NCBI GenBank assembly: GCA_963769885.1
Contig: CAVYNH010000005.1
Span: forward strand, 1-64,000
Length of the DNA: 64,000 nt
Source: Methanobacteriota archaeon
GTDB lineage: Archaea; Thermoplasmatota; E2; DHVEG-1
Direction: 5' to 3'
Below are positions 45,429 through 55,804 of the stretch, in pieces. Positions within the stretch are counted from its first letter, which is position 1. The number at the start of each line of letters is the position of its first letter. Position numbers and translations under genes: made by a program. The notes beneath the pieces were generated by a model. That model saw only the letters and a list, made by a program, of their open reading frames with translations. It was not told the DNA's origin and searched no databases.

Positions 45429-46298
45429 GTGGTATCCATAAACCTCAAAAAAAATGCAACAAAAATACACGTACTCCCTCTTCTCGTCTGCCTTTTCGCT
45501 ACACTCCTCCTCAGCGGGTGCACACAAAATGCAAATTCCACGACAATCTCCTGCGGCGGGTCAACCACAGTTCAACCCATCGCCGATGCCTGCGCACAAG
45601 CATTCATGGCCACCCACCCCAACATCACCGTCCAAGTCTACGGAGGCGGCTCCGCCGTCGGCATCAAAGGAGTCGCCCAAGGAACCTACACCATCGGTGA
45701 CGCATCCCGAGCTGCGAAAGAAGACGACCTCACCGGCATCTCCGGCGTCACCCTCTCCGGCCTCGTGCAACACAAAATCGCGCTGGACGGCATCGCCATC
45801 ATCGTCAGCAAAGAGATCTACAACGCTGGAGTAACCGGCCTCACAAAAAACCAACTGAAAGGCATCTACAACAACACGATCAACAACTGGAAAGACGTCG
45901 GAGGCCCAGACGAAGACATCTTCGTCGTCGGCAGGGACAGCGCCTCAGGAACCTACGGCAGCATCAACGACATGCTCGGCCTCAACTCCACGACCCAAAT
46001 CCTCGACAAGGCGGCCAGCGAGAACGCCCAGGTGAAAGCAGCGGTCGGCGACCCCAACCAAAGGAACGCCATCGGATACGTCGGACTCGGGTTCGTCGAC
46101 AACTCCACCCCAGCAGTGACCATGAACGGGATATACCCAACCGCAGACACCGTCAAGGACAACACCTACCCACTGTCCCGATCGCTCTATATGTACACAA
46201 AAGGAGAAGCCACAGGAATCGCACAGACGTTCATCGACTTCGTCCTCAGCCCCCAGGGACAACAGATCGTCGCTCAAGAAGAATTCATCCCCATCTAA
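45429..46298 (+). CDS. pstS: Phosphate ABC transporter substrate-binding lipoprotein
   Basis: Lipobox LLSGC, GSTTVQP, GGGSAVG, DASR, SGT, YPLSRSLY. Confidence 0.95.
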   Translation: MVSINLKKNATKIHVLPLLVCLFATLLLSGCTQNANSTTISCGGSTTVQPIADACAQAFMATHPNITVQVYGGGSAVGIKGVAQGTYTIGDASRAAKEDDLTGISGVTLSGLVQHKIALDGIAIIVSKEIYNAGVTGLTKNQLKGIYNNTINNWKDVGGPDEDIFVVGRDSASGTYGSINDMLGLNSTTQILDKAASENAQVKAAVGDPNQRNAIGYVGLGFVDNSTPAVTMNGIYPTADTVKDNTYPLSRSLYMYTKGEATGIAQTFIDFVLSPQGQQIVAQEEFIPI

Positions 46299-46311
46299 GA
46301 GCGAACACCAA

Positions 46312-47196
46312 ATGCCGATCCAAAGCAGGATCAAAGAACAAATCATCAAAAGCATCTTCTTCGCAGCGGCAGCCTTCTCCGTCTTCATCATCCTCTTCAT
46401 CTTCTACTACCTCTTCCAACAAGCGGCCCCCGCCTTCCAGCACGACGGCCTCGGGATATTCAGCACCACATGGATCAGCGAACAACAACGCTACGGCATC
46501 GGAGCCGCCATCTACGGCACCATCATCGTCACCATCGGCGCGATGATCCTCGCCATCCCCCTCGGCATCGCCGGCGCTATCTTTCTGGCAGAGCTCGCCC
46601 CGGAACGCCTCAGACTCATCCTCAAACCCATGATCGAGCTCCTCGCCGGCATCCCCTCTATCGTCTACGGCTTCATCGGCCTCATCCTCCTCCTCGGATA
46701 CCTCCGAGTATCCTTCATGATGCCCTCCGGATTCTCCTACCTCGCCGGCTCCCTGATCCTCGGAATCATGGCCATCCCCATCATCGTCAGCATCTCTGAC
46801 GACGCCATCAAAGCCGTCCCCCGCGAGATAAAAGAAGCCTCCCTCGCCCTCGGAGCCACCCACTGGCAGACCATCAAAAAAGTCATCCTCCCCACCTCCA
46901 TCTCTGGCATCTCCGCCGCCGTCATCCTCGGCATCGGACGAGCCATCGGAGAAACCATGGCCGTCTCCCTCGTCCTCGGCAACATCATCAAAATCCCCAT
47001 CCCACCATGGAACATCTTCGACAGCCACGTCACCACCGTCACCTCCTTCATCGTCACCGAAATGGGAGAATCCTCAGGACTCCAGACCAGCGCCCTCTTC
47101 GCCAGCGCCGTCATCCTCTTCATCATCGTCGCCCTCATGAGCATCGCCTCGAACATCCTCAAAGAACGCGTCCAAAAAAAATATAGAGGTGGATGA
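46312..47196 (+). CDS. pstC: Phosphate ABC transporter permease
   Basis: ELLAGIPSIVYG, EASLALGAT, RAIGETMAV. Confidence 0.95.
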   Translation: MPIQSRIKEQIIKSIFFAAAAFSVFIILFIFYYLFQQAAPAFQHDGLGIFSTTWISEQQRYGIGAAIYGTIIVTIGAMILAIPLGIAGAIFLAELAPERLRLILKPMIELLAGIPSIVYGFIGLILLLGYLRVSFMMPSGFSYLAGSLILGIMAIPIIVSISDDAIKAVPREIKEASLALGATHWQTIKKVILPTSISGISAAVILGIGRAIGETMAVSLVLGNIIKIPIPPWNIFDSHVTTVTSFIVTEMGESSGLQTSALFASAVILFIIVALMSIASNILKERVQKKYRGG

Positions 47197-47200
47197 CCCC

Positions 47201-48480
47201 ATGGCACAAGGCAAACCCCCACGGAGCACCCATAACCCCCTTAAGAAAATCTTCATCCGCAGCGCACTCACACCAAAAAACATCCTCTGCGCCACAGCCG
47301 TCTCCTTCTCCGTTGTCACCGCCCTCCTCGGCTTCTTCTCCGCAGCACTCTCCTTCTACATCGGAGACCTCGGAGTACGACTCCTCTTCATCGCCCTCTC
47401 CCTCCTCTTCATCAGCCTCCTCACCTACTCCATGGCAATCCAGAAGAAAGGACGACACGCAATCGGACTGCTCGCCTTCACCATCCTCCTCATCCTCTGC
47501 GCCTACGCCGCCCCCCTCATCCCACCCGCCTACGGCCTCCAACCGTTCCAGTTCACCGCCTCCATCCTCAAGTTCCTCGCCATCTCGATGCTCCTCACCA
47601 TCACCGGCATCATCGGCGCATCCCTCGCACTCAAACCCCTCTACAACTTCTCACGCCGCGCAAACGAACTCTCAGCATACTTCCTGCTGACCTTCGCCGT
47701 CCTCCTCATCATCTACCCCCTCATCGTCATCATCGGCAACATCATCGTCAACGGCGCCGGAGGAATCTCCTGGGACTTTCTCACCCAGGACGTCATCAAA
47801 CACGGCGAACTAGGAGGAGTGAACCACGCGATCATCGGCACCCTCATCATCATCGCCGGAACCGCACTCATCGCACTCCCCCTCGGGATCGCCAGCGCCA
47901 TCTACCTCATCGAATACGCGAAAACCGGGCCCGTCGTCCGCATCATCCGCATCGCCGCCGACATCCTCCAAGGAATCCCCTCCATCGTCTTCGGCCTCTT
48001 CGGCCTCGCCGTCTTCGTCCCAGTCTTCGGCATCTCTATCCTCAGCGGCATCCTCATCATGAGCTTCATGACCCTCCCCATCATTATCCGCTCCTCAGAG
48101 GAAGCACTCCTCTGTGTCCCCCACAGCATCAGGGAAGGATCGTACGCCCTCGGAGCAACGAAATGGCAGACGATCCGCCGCACCGTCCTCCCCCCTCCCT
48201 CCCGGGGATTATCACCGGAGGTGTCCTCGGACTCGGCAGAGCCGCAGGAGAGACCGCACCCATCATCTTCACAGCCTCCATCTTTCGAGCCCCCCTCCCC
48301 TCATCACTATTCAGCCCCGCGCAATCCCTCTCGTATCACCTCTACGTCATATCGAAATATATCGGAGCATATCCAGTCGAACAAAACGCCTGGGCCACAG
48401 CCCTGCTCCTCATCGGAATTGTGCTAGGGATGAATGCCTTTGCAATCCTCATACGCGAGAAATATCGGGTCGAATTCTAA
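47201..48480 (+). CDS. pstA: Phosphate ABC transporter permease with N-terminal TM extension, frameshifted at about 48190
   Basis: GIPSIVFGLFG, REGSYALGAT. The C-terminal part (LPGIITGGVLGLGRAAGETAPI) is in another frame after a poly-C run. Confidence 0.88.
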
Positions 48481-48495
48481 AGCGGTGGAAAGACA

Positions 48496-49254
48496 ATGAA
48501 TGAACCAATCATCCGGACGGAAAAACTCAGCCTCTGGTACGGCGAAAAACAAGCCCTCATCGACATCGACGTCGAAATCCTCGCACACAAAATTACCGCC
48601 CTCATCGGCCCCTCCGGCTGCGGTAAATCCACACTCATCCGCTGTTTCAACCGCATGAACGACGTGATACCAAACTGCCGAACCACCGGGAAGGTCTATT
48701 TCAAAGGAGAGGAGATCTACGGGCCCCAAGCGGATGCCGTCGAAGTACGAAAAAAAATAGGAATGGTCTTCCAGAAACCCAATCCCTTCCCAAAAACCAT
48801 CTACGAAAACGTCGCCTACGGCCCCAGAGTCCAAGGCATTCACGAGAAAAAAACACTCGACGACATCGTCGAACGAAGCATCCGCATTGCAGCCCTCTGG
48901 GACGAAGTCAAAGACCGCCTCAACGAATCCGCCATGAGCCTCTCCGGCGGCCAACAACAACGCCTCTGCATCGCCCGAGCACTCTCCATCGAACCAGAAG
49001 TCATCCTCATGGACGAGCCCTGCTCCGCACTCGACCCGATAGCAACCGCGAAAATCGAAGACCTCATCTACGAATTGAAACAACACTACACCGTCATCAT
49101 CGTCACCCATAACATGCAACAGGCTGCCAGAGTCAGCGACTACGCAGCCTATATGTATCTCGGCAAGCTTATCGAATACGGGGACACAACACAAATCTTC
49201 GAAAATCCTAAAGAGGAGCTGACGGAAAACTACATCACCGGACGGTTCGGGTAA
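48496..49254 (+). CDS. pstB: Phosphate ABC transporter ATP-binding protein
   Basis: [37 protein letters not shown]. Confidence 0.97.
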   Translation: MNEPIIRTEKLSLWYGEKQALIDIDVEILAHKITALIGPSGCGKSTLIRCFNRMNDVIPNCRTTGKVYFKGEEIYGPQADAVEVRKKIGMVFQKPNPFPKTIYENVAYGPRVQGIHEKKTLDDIVERSIRIAALWDEVKDRLNESAMSLSGGQQQRLCIARALSIEPEVILMDEPCSALDPIATAKIEDLIYELKQHYTVIIVTHNMQQAARVSDYAAYMYLGKLIEYGDTTQIFENPKEELTENYITGRFG

Positions 49255-49266
49255 GGTGAGAAGACC

Positions 49267-49917
49267 ATGGTCGAAATATTCCACAAAGAACTCGAAAACC
49301 TTAAAACAAAGATCGTGAAGATGGGGGACCTCTCCACAAGCATGCTGTGCGACTCCGTAGAGGCACTCAAGAACCTCGACGTGCCACTGGCTGAAAACGT
49401 TCAAGCACGAAAGACCACCCTCGCGACACAGAACATCGACGTCGAAGAGGAAGCCCTCAAACTCATCGCCCTCTACCAGCCGATGGCCATCGATATGCGT
49501 ACCATCGCATGCATCCTGAAAATGGATACCGCCCTGAACCGAATCGGCCGATATGGTAAAGACATCGCGAAAGTCGCCTCGGAAATCGCCCCCGGCCCTC
49601 ACATCAAAAAAATCGTCAGTATCCCTCACATGACCACCCTGGTCTGTTCCATGATTCACGATGCCCTCGAGGCATTCCAGACATGCAACATTGAGAAACT
49701 CAAGAACTTCACAGAACGGGATAACGACGTTGACGCCCTCCGCTACTCCATCTTCCGAGAATGCCTCTCCTATATGTTAGAGAACCCACAGAACATCACC
49801 ATGTGCACACACTACATCCTCGTCGCCCGCTACCTCGAGCGCTGCGGCGACCACGCCTGCGACATGGCCGAGGAGATCATCTACATGGTCAGCGGCCACC
49901 GAGTCCAGCTGAAATGA
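49267..49917 (+). CDS. phoU: Phosphate signalling protein PhoU
   Basis: YQPMAIDMR, RIGRY, DNDVD, LERCGDHA. Confidence 0.93.
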   Translation: MVEIFHKELENLKTKIVKMGDLSTSMLCDSVEALKNLDVPLAENVQARKTTLATQNIDVEEEALKLIALYQPMAIDMRTIACILKMDTALNRIGRYGKDIAKVASEIAPGPHIKKIVSIPHMTTLVCSMIHDALEAFQTCNIEKLKNFTERDNDVDALRYSIFRECLSYMLENPQNITMCTHYILVARYLERCGDHACDMAEEIIYMVSGHRVQLK

Positions 49918-50321
49918 AACAGACCGTCCTCTTCATCTGCACCCACAATGCGGTCCGATCTCAAATGGCAGAAGGCCTCCTCAACGCCCTCTACGCTGAC
50001 AACTACCAGGCCTTCAGCGCAGGCACCGTAAAGACCGGAGTCGACGAAACCGCACAACAAGTCATGAAGGAAATCGGCATCGATATCTCCAAGCACCGAT
50101 CAAAAACCATTGACGAGTTCCAAGGAAAGACCTTCGATTACGTCGTCACGGTCTGTGATCATGCCCGAGAAGCATGCCCGTATTTCCCAGGGAAGAAAAT
50201 CCTGCATCAAGCATTCTACGATCCTGGCGCCTTTCATGGCACCCCAAAGGAAAGGCTGCAGGAATTCCGCAGGATACGGGACGCTATAAAAGCTTGGATC
50301 ATTCAGACATTTGGACCCTGA
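49914..50321 (+). CDS. arsC: Arsenate reductase (LMW-PTP type)
   Basis: VLFICTHNAVRSQMAEG, VTVCD...ACP. ATGA overlap with phoU. Confidence 0.9.
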   Translation: MKQTVLFICTHNAVRSQMAEGLLNALYADNYQAFSAGTVKTGVDETAQQVMKEIGIDISKHRSKTIDEFQGKTFDYVVTVCDHAREACPYFPGKKILHQAFYDPGAFHGTPKERLQEFRRIRDAIKAWIIQTFGP

Positions 50322-50362
50322 GCAAAGAATAGCAATCAAGAATCGTGAGGAGACAAAGAACC

Positions 50363-50524
50363 ATGCAAGTCATCTGTCGAAAATGCGGCCGCGAGTTCGA
50401 CTGGGACAGCACCGACATCTTCATGGTCCCATCCTCGTACGGCTATGGGCTCGACTTCGAATGCCGCGACAACCTGAAAAACAGCCGAGGATACAAAAAA
50501 GGAAAAATCCAACTAAAACGATGA
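50363..50524 (+). CDS. 53-aa small Cys-containing protein
   Basis: GAGGAG RBS. MQVICRKCGREFDWDSTDIFMVPSSYGYGLDFECRDNLKNSRGYKKGKIQLKR. Below the ORF-track cutoff. Confidence 0.6.
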   Translation: MQVICRKCGREFDWDSTDIFMVPSSYGYGLDFECRDNLKNSRGYKKGKIQLKR

Positions 50525-50533
50525 AGCCCGCTG

Positions 50534-51208
50534 TTAACTCGTATCCTGATCCCCAGGCTCTGGCGTAGGCTTCCGCTCAACGGATTCGTCGGCAGACTGC
50601 TTCCCTTCCTCTTTAGGAGACCGCTTACTTGATGACTTCGGCTCCGGTTCATTGACGGCTTGCGGCTGTTCCTGATTTCGAACCTCCTCGATTACGGACC
50701 CGATGACCTTCTTAGCCAAAAACTCCCTGATCTCCTCCGGCTTCGTCGAATCAATCCCAAAATACTCAGGGAACAGCTTCGTTGTCGTCAGAATCTCAGT
50801 CGACCCATGCGGCTTGGAGAACACAAGACGCATAGTGATCAGCTCGTCGACCTCCTCATAGATCTTCTCCCCAATCATATGCCGCAGGTTCGACTGCTTC
50901 ACCGGCTGATGGAAGGCGATTAGTGCCAGGGTCTTCAGCAGCTCAGCCTTGATCTCCGGCTTGGCCACCATCATGGATTGGTCCGTGTACTTCTTCTTCA
51001 CTTGCATGGTGAACTTATTGCCGGCCTTGATGACCTCAAGGGACGTCACATCCTTCCGCTCCGTATCATAGGCCTGCATGAGCGACTCGAGCGCATGGGT
51101 GACCTGGGCATGCGACAGGCCCGTGGCACTCTGAATCTCCTCGATGCTCACTGGTTTTCCTGCGGAGAACAGGACGGATTCAACCAGACGATTCTCACGG
51201 TTCCCCAT
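50534..51208 (-). CDS. scpB: SMC-Scp complex kite subunit ScpB
   Basis: VESVLFSAGKPVS, LKTLALIAFHQPV, TTKLFPEYFGI. Confidence 0.92.
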   Translation of the reverse strand: MGNRENRLVESVLFSAGKPVSIEEIQSATGLSHAQVTHALESLMQAYDTERKDVTSLEVIKAGNKFTMQVKKKYTDQSMMVAKPEIKAELLKTLALIAFHQPVKQSNLRHMIGEKIYEEVDELITMRLVFSKPHGSTEILTTTKLFPEYFGIDSTKPEEIREFLAKKVIGSVIEEVRNQEQPQAVNEPEPKSSSKRSPKEEGKQSADESVERKPTPEPGDQDTS

Positions 51209-51220
51209 TTTTCTCTACTC

Positions 51221-52084
51221 CTATATACACCCCAGTGTTTTAATATAAATTTCTCCGTATGGGAAGCGTTTCTGATGCACGCTGATCCGCTTCTCATACG
51301 CCAAGAATAAGATGGAGAGGAAGATCCGGATGCGCTCCTCTGGTTCACTGCTATGGCAGAGGTCATGGAAGCCGAGGCTTGGTTTCCCAAGCTCTTGGAT
51401 GTGCTGCCAGACGATGGCGATGTCCTCCTCCAGGTGATCCTCGTGGGCGGAGCCGCGCATGGAACTGCGTGCTTTCTCCGCGAGTTTGAGGCGTTCTTCA
51501 CGGCGGAGATCGTCGAGCATCTGGTGCTGTTCTGCCTCCTTTCGCACCTCGTCGAAGGCCTGCAGCAACTCCATGAGCGTGACTTTTCGTGTAGCATCCC
51601 GGCGGAGCGGCTCGACGAGCGGCGGCTCCGGCATCTTCATCAACAGGTTCGTGTAGGAGTACTCCTGGTCGCTGGCCAACCAGGTAGACATGGGGATGTC
51701 GTCCCAGCCGAACCCCGGGTCTAGTGGCTGCTGTTGCTGTTCTTCCATGGTGACAACGAGGTGGTCGCTTTGCAGGCGGAGGATTTTCCAGGCCATGTAA
51801 ATGATGCGCCCGGCGACCATAAGGTCGATTTTTTCTTGTTTGGCGCGGGCGAGGTAGAGGCCAGAGAAGTTGACGAGGTCGATGTCCCAAGGGTCGAAGT
51901 CCTGGTTGACGACCAGGTCAAAGATGAGGTAGACGCTGCGGTCGAAGACGTTGTCGATGGAGGAGGGCTGTGGCATAGTCTGTGCCATAGTGAGGTATTT
52001 GTTGATGTGGCTGCTGTCGTTGTTTTCGTCAATGAGGGCTTTGTGGAAGAGCAGGTGGTTGACGACGTCGTTGTTAACTTCCAA
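51221..52084 (-). CDS. scpA: Kleisin ScpA
   Basis: DPWDIDL, RKVTLMELL, FLSILFLA...QKRFPYGEI. Confidence 0.9.
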   Translation of the reverse strand: MEVNNDVVNHLLFHKALIDENNDSSHINKYLTMAQTMPQPSSIDNVFDRSVYLIFDLVVNQDFDPWDIDLVNFSGLYLARAKQEKIDLMVAGRIIYMAWKILRLQSDHLVVTMEEQQQQPLDPGFGWDDIPMSTWLASDQEYSYTNLLMKMPEPPLVEPLRRDATRKVTLMELLQAFDEVRKEAEQHQMLDDLRREERLKLAEKARSSMRGSAHEDHLEEDIAIVWQHIQELGKPSLGFHDLCHSSEPEERIRIFLSILFLAYEKRISVHQKRFPYGEIYIKTLGCI

Positions 52085-55000
52085 GGGTTTCTACCTCCTG
52101 GTGGGTGGTGATTTCTCCTTTGGGTCCGACGGATTCGGGGTCGATGTTGCCGATCATCTCTGAGATGCCGTTGTCGTGCATGGTGACGCCGTAGAGGTAG
52201 TCGGCTTCTTTGAGTGCGATCTTTCGGAGACTGACGCTGATGAATTGGGAGTGTTCCGCGCGTTTTTTGATCATGCGGCTGACGACTTCGGCGTTGACGC
52301 CGTCGAGGAACATGTCGATTTCGTCGAGGACGTAGAAGGGGCTGGGGTCGTATTGTTGGATGGCGAAGATGAAGCCGAGGCTGGCGATGCTTTTTTCGCC
52401 GCCGGAGAGTGCGGCGAGTCGGAGGATTTTCTTGCCGCGGGGTCTGGCTTTGATGGTGAGGCCGCCGTCGAAGATGCTTTCTTCGTTTTCGAGGATGAGT
52501 TCGGCTTCGCCGCCTTCGGAGAGTTGGGCGTAGATGTCTTTGAAGTTGTGGTTGACTTCGTTGAAGATTTCGAAGAAGCGTTCTTTTTTCTTGGTGGTGA
52601 TCTCGCCGACGAGGTTAACGAGGTTTTTCTTCTGGTCGTTGAGGCGTTTGATGTCGTCGTCGAATTTTTTCTTGCGCTCTGCTTGGTGTTCGTATTCTTC
52701 GAGGGCGCGCATGTTCACGGGTTCGAGGGCTTGCATTTTTTGTTCGATGGTGAGGAGGGATTCTTTCATGGTTTCTAGTGCGGGGAATTTCTGGGTGGTG
52801 AGTTCAACATGGTAGAGGGCGATTTCGGAGTCGAGTTCTTTGATGGCGGATTCGAGGGTGGGGAGGCGGTATTGGCTGCGGGCGATAAGGTCGGCGTAGG
52901 ATTCGGTTTTGGTGGTGAGGTTGTCGAGTTCGTTTTCGAGGCTGACGGATTTGCGGTACAGGCTGTCTCGTTTGCTGGCGAGTTCTTTGGTGGCGCCTGC
53001 CATTTTTTGTTCGACGGTCATGAGGGTTTTGAGGCCGTCGGCGGCCTTGGTTTTGGCGGCTTTGAGTTCGTCTTGGGTGGTTTTGAGTTGGGTGATGGCC
53101 TGGGTGAGGCTGGTTTGCTTGTCGGTGAGTTCTTTGTGGCGGGTGTCGAGAAGTTCTTTTTTCTTCTGGAGGGTGTCAGTTTCGCTTTTAAGGGTGAGGA
53201 GGGTTTCTTGGTGTTTGGCGAGGGTTTGTTCGAGGCTGCGGAGCTCTTGTGCGATCTCTTTTTTGGTGTTTTTGAGGAGTCGTTTGCCTTTTTCTTCTTT
53301 GCTGGCGTCGAGTTCGGTGAGGCGCTGCTGCAGTGTGGAGAGGGCGTTGGTCAGTTGGGTGTCTTCGGTGGCGAGGGCGTCTTTTTCCTTGAGCCTGGCG
53401 TGGAGGTCTTTGGTGAGGACGCCGAGTTTGCCTTGGTATTCTTTCTTTCTGACGTCGAGGTTTTTGAGTTGGGTCTCGGTGTCTCCCTGGGTTCGTGCCT
53501 CGCGGAGGGTGCCTTCGAGGTCGGTGAGGTCTTTGCGGACGGTGGCGAGCTCTTGGTGGAGTTCTTCTTGGTGGGTGATGGCGGTTTGGAGTTTGTGGGC
53601 GAGGTCGTCGAGGGCGTGTTGGTCTTGGGTGCCGAAGCTGATTTTTTCGTTGGGTGGGCTGCCGCCGATCATGGCGCCGCTGGCCTCGATGAGGTCTCCT
53701 TTCATGTCGACGAGTCGGACGCCGCCCATGAGGCGGCGGGCGTCGGTGAGGGTATCGACGATGATGGTGTCGCCGAAGACGTACCAGAAGGCGCCTTTGT
53801 AGTCTGGGTTGTATTTGACGAGGTCGACGGCGAAGCCGTGCGCGTGTTCGTCTTTGACGGCCATGAGGGCTTGGGCGCGGGGTTTGCCGACGATCATTTT
53901 GTTGAGTGGGAGGAAGGTGGCGCGGCCGAGTTTTTTCTTGCGGAGGTAGTCGATGGCGTCGGCGGCGGCGGTGTCGTCGGTGACGATGATGGCCTGCATG
54001 CGGGGGCCGGCCGCGATTTCGAGGGCGAGTTTGAACTCGTCTTGGACGTGGGCGAGTTCGGCGATGGTGCCGCGGATACCTTGGAGTTCTTTGGCGTCGC
54101 GGGCGGTGAGGATAGCGTTGACGGCTTGGTTGTAGCGTGATTGGACGGTTTGGGCAGCGTCGCGTTCTGCTTGGAGGCGTGCTTGTTCGCGTTGGAGTTT
54201 GGTGATGGCTTGTTCGAGGTCGGTGAGCTGTTCTTGGAGGGCGCTTTCGTGTTTCTTTTTCTTGAGGAGTTGTGCTTCGAGGTCTTTGAGTTTCTTGGTG
54301 GATTCTTGTTTGCCTTTGCTCTGCTCTTGGGCCTGCCAGTCGATGTCCTTGAGTTCGAATTCGTAGGTGGATTTAGTTTCTTGGAGCTCGGCGATCTGGT
54401 GGTCGAGGGTTTCGCGGGATTGTTTGAGGCGGTCTTTTTTGAGCTGGAGTTCGTGGATTTGGGTTTGTTTTTCGGTGTATTCCTCGCGCATTTTGACGAG
54501 GTCTCGGGTGAGGTCCATGGAGAGGTCGTCGGATTGAGCGACTTCGTTGCGTAGGCTGGTGAGTTTGTCGTCGGTGGTTTTTCTGGCGGTCTCGGCGTCG
54601 GTGGTTTTGGTGGTGAGTTCGGTTTGGTGTTCGGTGAGGTCTTCGAGGTCGGCGGCGACTTGTTCGAAGGCTGTGTCGAGGTCTTTGAGTTCTTTTTTGC
54701 GTTCGGCGATCTCATCGGCGGTGTAGTTGAGGCGTTCTTCGATTTTAATGGCGTCTGCGCGGAGGGAGTCGATCTTGGTTTTGAGTTCGCCGGCTTCGTC
54801 GCCGCCGGCGTCCGCAATCTTCTCTTCGATCTCGCGGAGTTCGTCGAGGACTTTGATGTGGTCGTCTTGGAGTTTTTGCTTGGTACCGTCGAATTTTTTC
54901 TGTTCGGTCTCGTAGCTGGTGATCTGTTTGTTGACTTCGGCAATCTGGGATTCGACTTCCTGTTTTTTCTTGGCGGCGATCATCGCCTTGGTCTCATAGA

Positions 55001-55691
55001 GTTTGTCTTTGAGTTCCTTATATTGGTAGGCGGCGTCGCGGTCCTTTTTAAGCTGGCGGATCTGGGTGCCGATCTCGTTGAGGATGATGTCGATGCGTTC
55101 GAGGTTCTTGTCGACGTCTTCGCGTTCTTTCTCGGCTTTGGCGATGTCTTCGTCGAAGGTGCTGATGCCGGCGATCTCGTCGATGATCTTGCGGCGGTCG
55201 ACGCTGCCCATTTCGACGAGGCTGGTGACATCGCCTTGTTTGACGATGTTGTAGCCTTCCCCGCTGATGCGGGCGTGGGTGAGGAGGTCGATGAACTCGG
55301 TGTAGGTGGCGGCGCGGTCGTTGATGTAATAGTAGCTGTAGTAGTTATCGGGGTTGTCCTTGAGCGGGGCGCGTTTGATGACGCGGGTGAGGGTGACCTC
55401 GTCGGCGTTGACATCCATCTTGCGCTGGGTGTTGTCGAAGACGAGGGAGACTTTGCAGTATTTGGAGGGGTTTTTCTGTTTCTTGCCGCCGTTGAAGATG
55501 AGGTCGGTGAGTCTGCCGGCGCGCATGACCTTGGAGCTTCTCGGTCCAAGGACGAAGAGGATTGCGTCGACGATGTTGCTCTTCCCGGCGCCGTTGGGCC
55601 CGGTGATGGCGGTGAACCCGGGGAAGAACGGCACTTCGAGCTTCTGCCCGAATGACTTAAAATTCTCCATCTGTACTTCTTTCAGATACAC
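52074..55691 (-). CDS. smc: Chromosome segregation protein SMC
   Basis: NFKSFG, GPNGAGKSN, hinge GRATFLPL, LSGGEKS, LDEID. Confidence 0.97.
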   Translation of the reverse strand: MYLKEVQMENFKSFGQKLEVPFFPGFTAITGPNGAGKSNIVDAILFVLGPRSSKVMRAGRLTDLIFNGGKKQKNPSKYCKVSLVFDNTQRKMDVNADEVTLTRVIKRAPLKDNPDNYYSYYYINDRAATYTEFIDLLTHARISGEGYNIVKQGDVTSLVEMGSVDRRKIIDEIAGISTFDEDIAKAEKEREDVDKNLERIDIILNEIGTQIRQLKKDRDAAYQYKELKDKLYETKAMIAAKKKQEVESQIAEVNKQITSYETEQKKFDGTKQKLQDDHIKVLDELREIEEKIADAGGDEAGELKTKIDSLRADAIKIEERLNYTADEIAERKKELKDLDTAFEQVAADLEDLTEHQTELTTKTTDAETARKTTDDKLTSLRNEVAQSDDLSMDLTRDLVKMREEYTEKQTQIHELQLKKDRLKQSRETLDHQIAELQETKSTYEFELKDIDWQAQEQSKGKQESTKKLKDLEAQLLKKKKHESALQEQLTDLEQAITKLQREQARLQAERDAAQTVQSRYNQAVNAILTARDAKELQGIRGTIAELAHVQDEFKLALEIAAGPRMQAIIVTDDTAAADAIDYLRKKKLGRATFLPLNKMIVGKPRAQALMAVKDEHAHGFAVDLVKYNPDYKGAFWYVFGDTIIVDTLTDARRLMGGVRLVDMKGDLIEASGAMIGGSPPNEKISFGTQDQHALDDLAHKLQTAITHQEELHQELATVRKDLTDLEGTLREARTQGDTETQLKNLDVRKKEYQGKLGVLTKDLHARLKEKDALATEDTQLTNALSTLQQRLTELDASKEEKGKRLLKNTKKEIAQELRSLEQTLAKHQETLLTLKSETDTLQKKKELLDTRHKELTDKQTSLTQAITQLKTTQDELKAAKTKAADGLKTLMTVEQKMAGATKELASKRDSLYRKSVSLENELDNLTTKTESYADLIARSQYRLPTLESAIKELDSEIALYHVELTTQKFPALETMKESLLTIEQKMQALEPVNMRALEEYEHQAERKKKFDDDIKRLNDQKKNLVNLVGEITTKKKERFFEIFNEVNHNFKDIYAQLSEGGEAELILENEESIFDGGLTIKARPRGKKILRLAALSGGEKSIASLGFIFAIQQYDPSPFYVLDEIDMFLDGVNAEVVSRMIKKRAEHSQFISVSLRKIALKEADYLYGVTMHDNGISEMIGNIDPESVGPKGEITTHQEVETLGS

Positions 55692-55804
55692 TAGTCATCC
55701 CTTCCGCGATGAATGGGGTACACTGCGTCTATCTACTCCGGCATCCCAAAGGGAAGAAACGGGGGACCGTATTTAAAAGTTAGGATAATTATCTTTCAGG
55801 GGCG

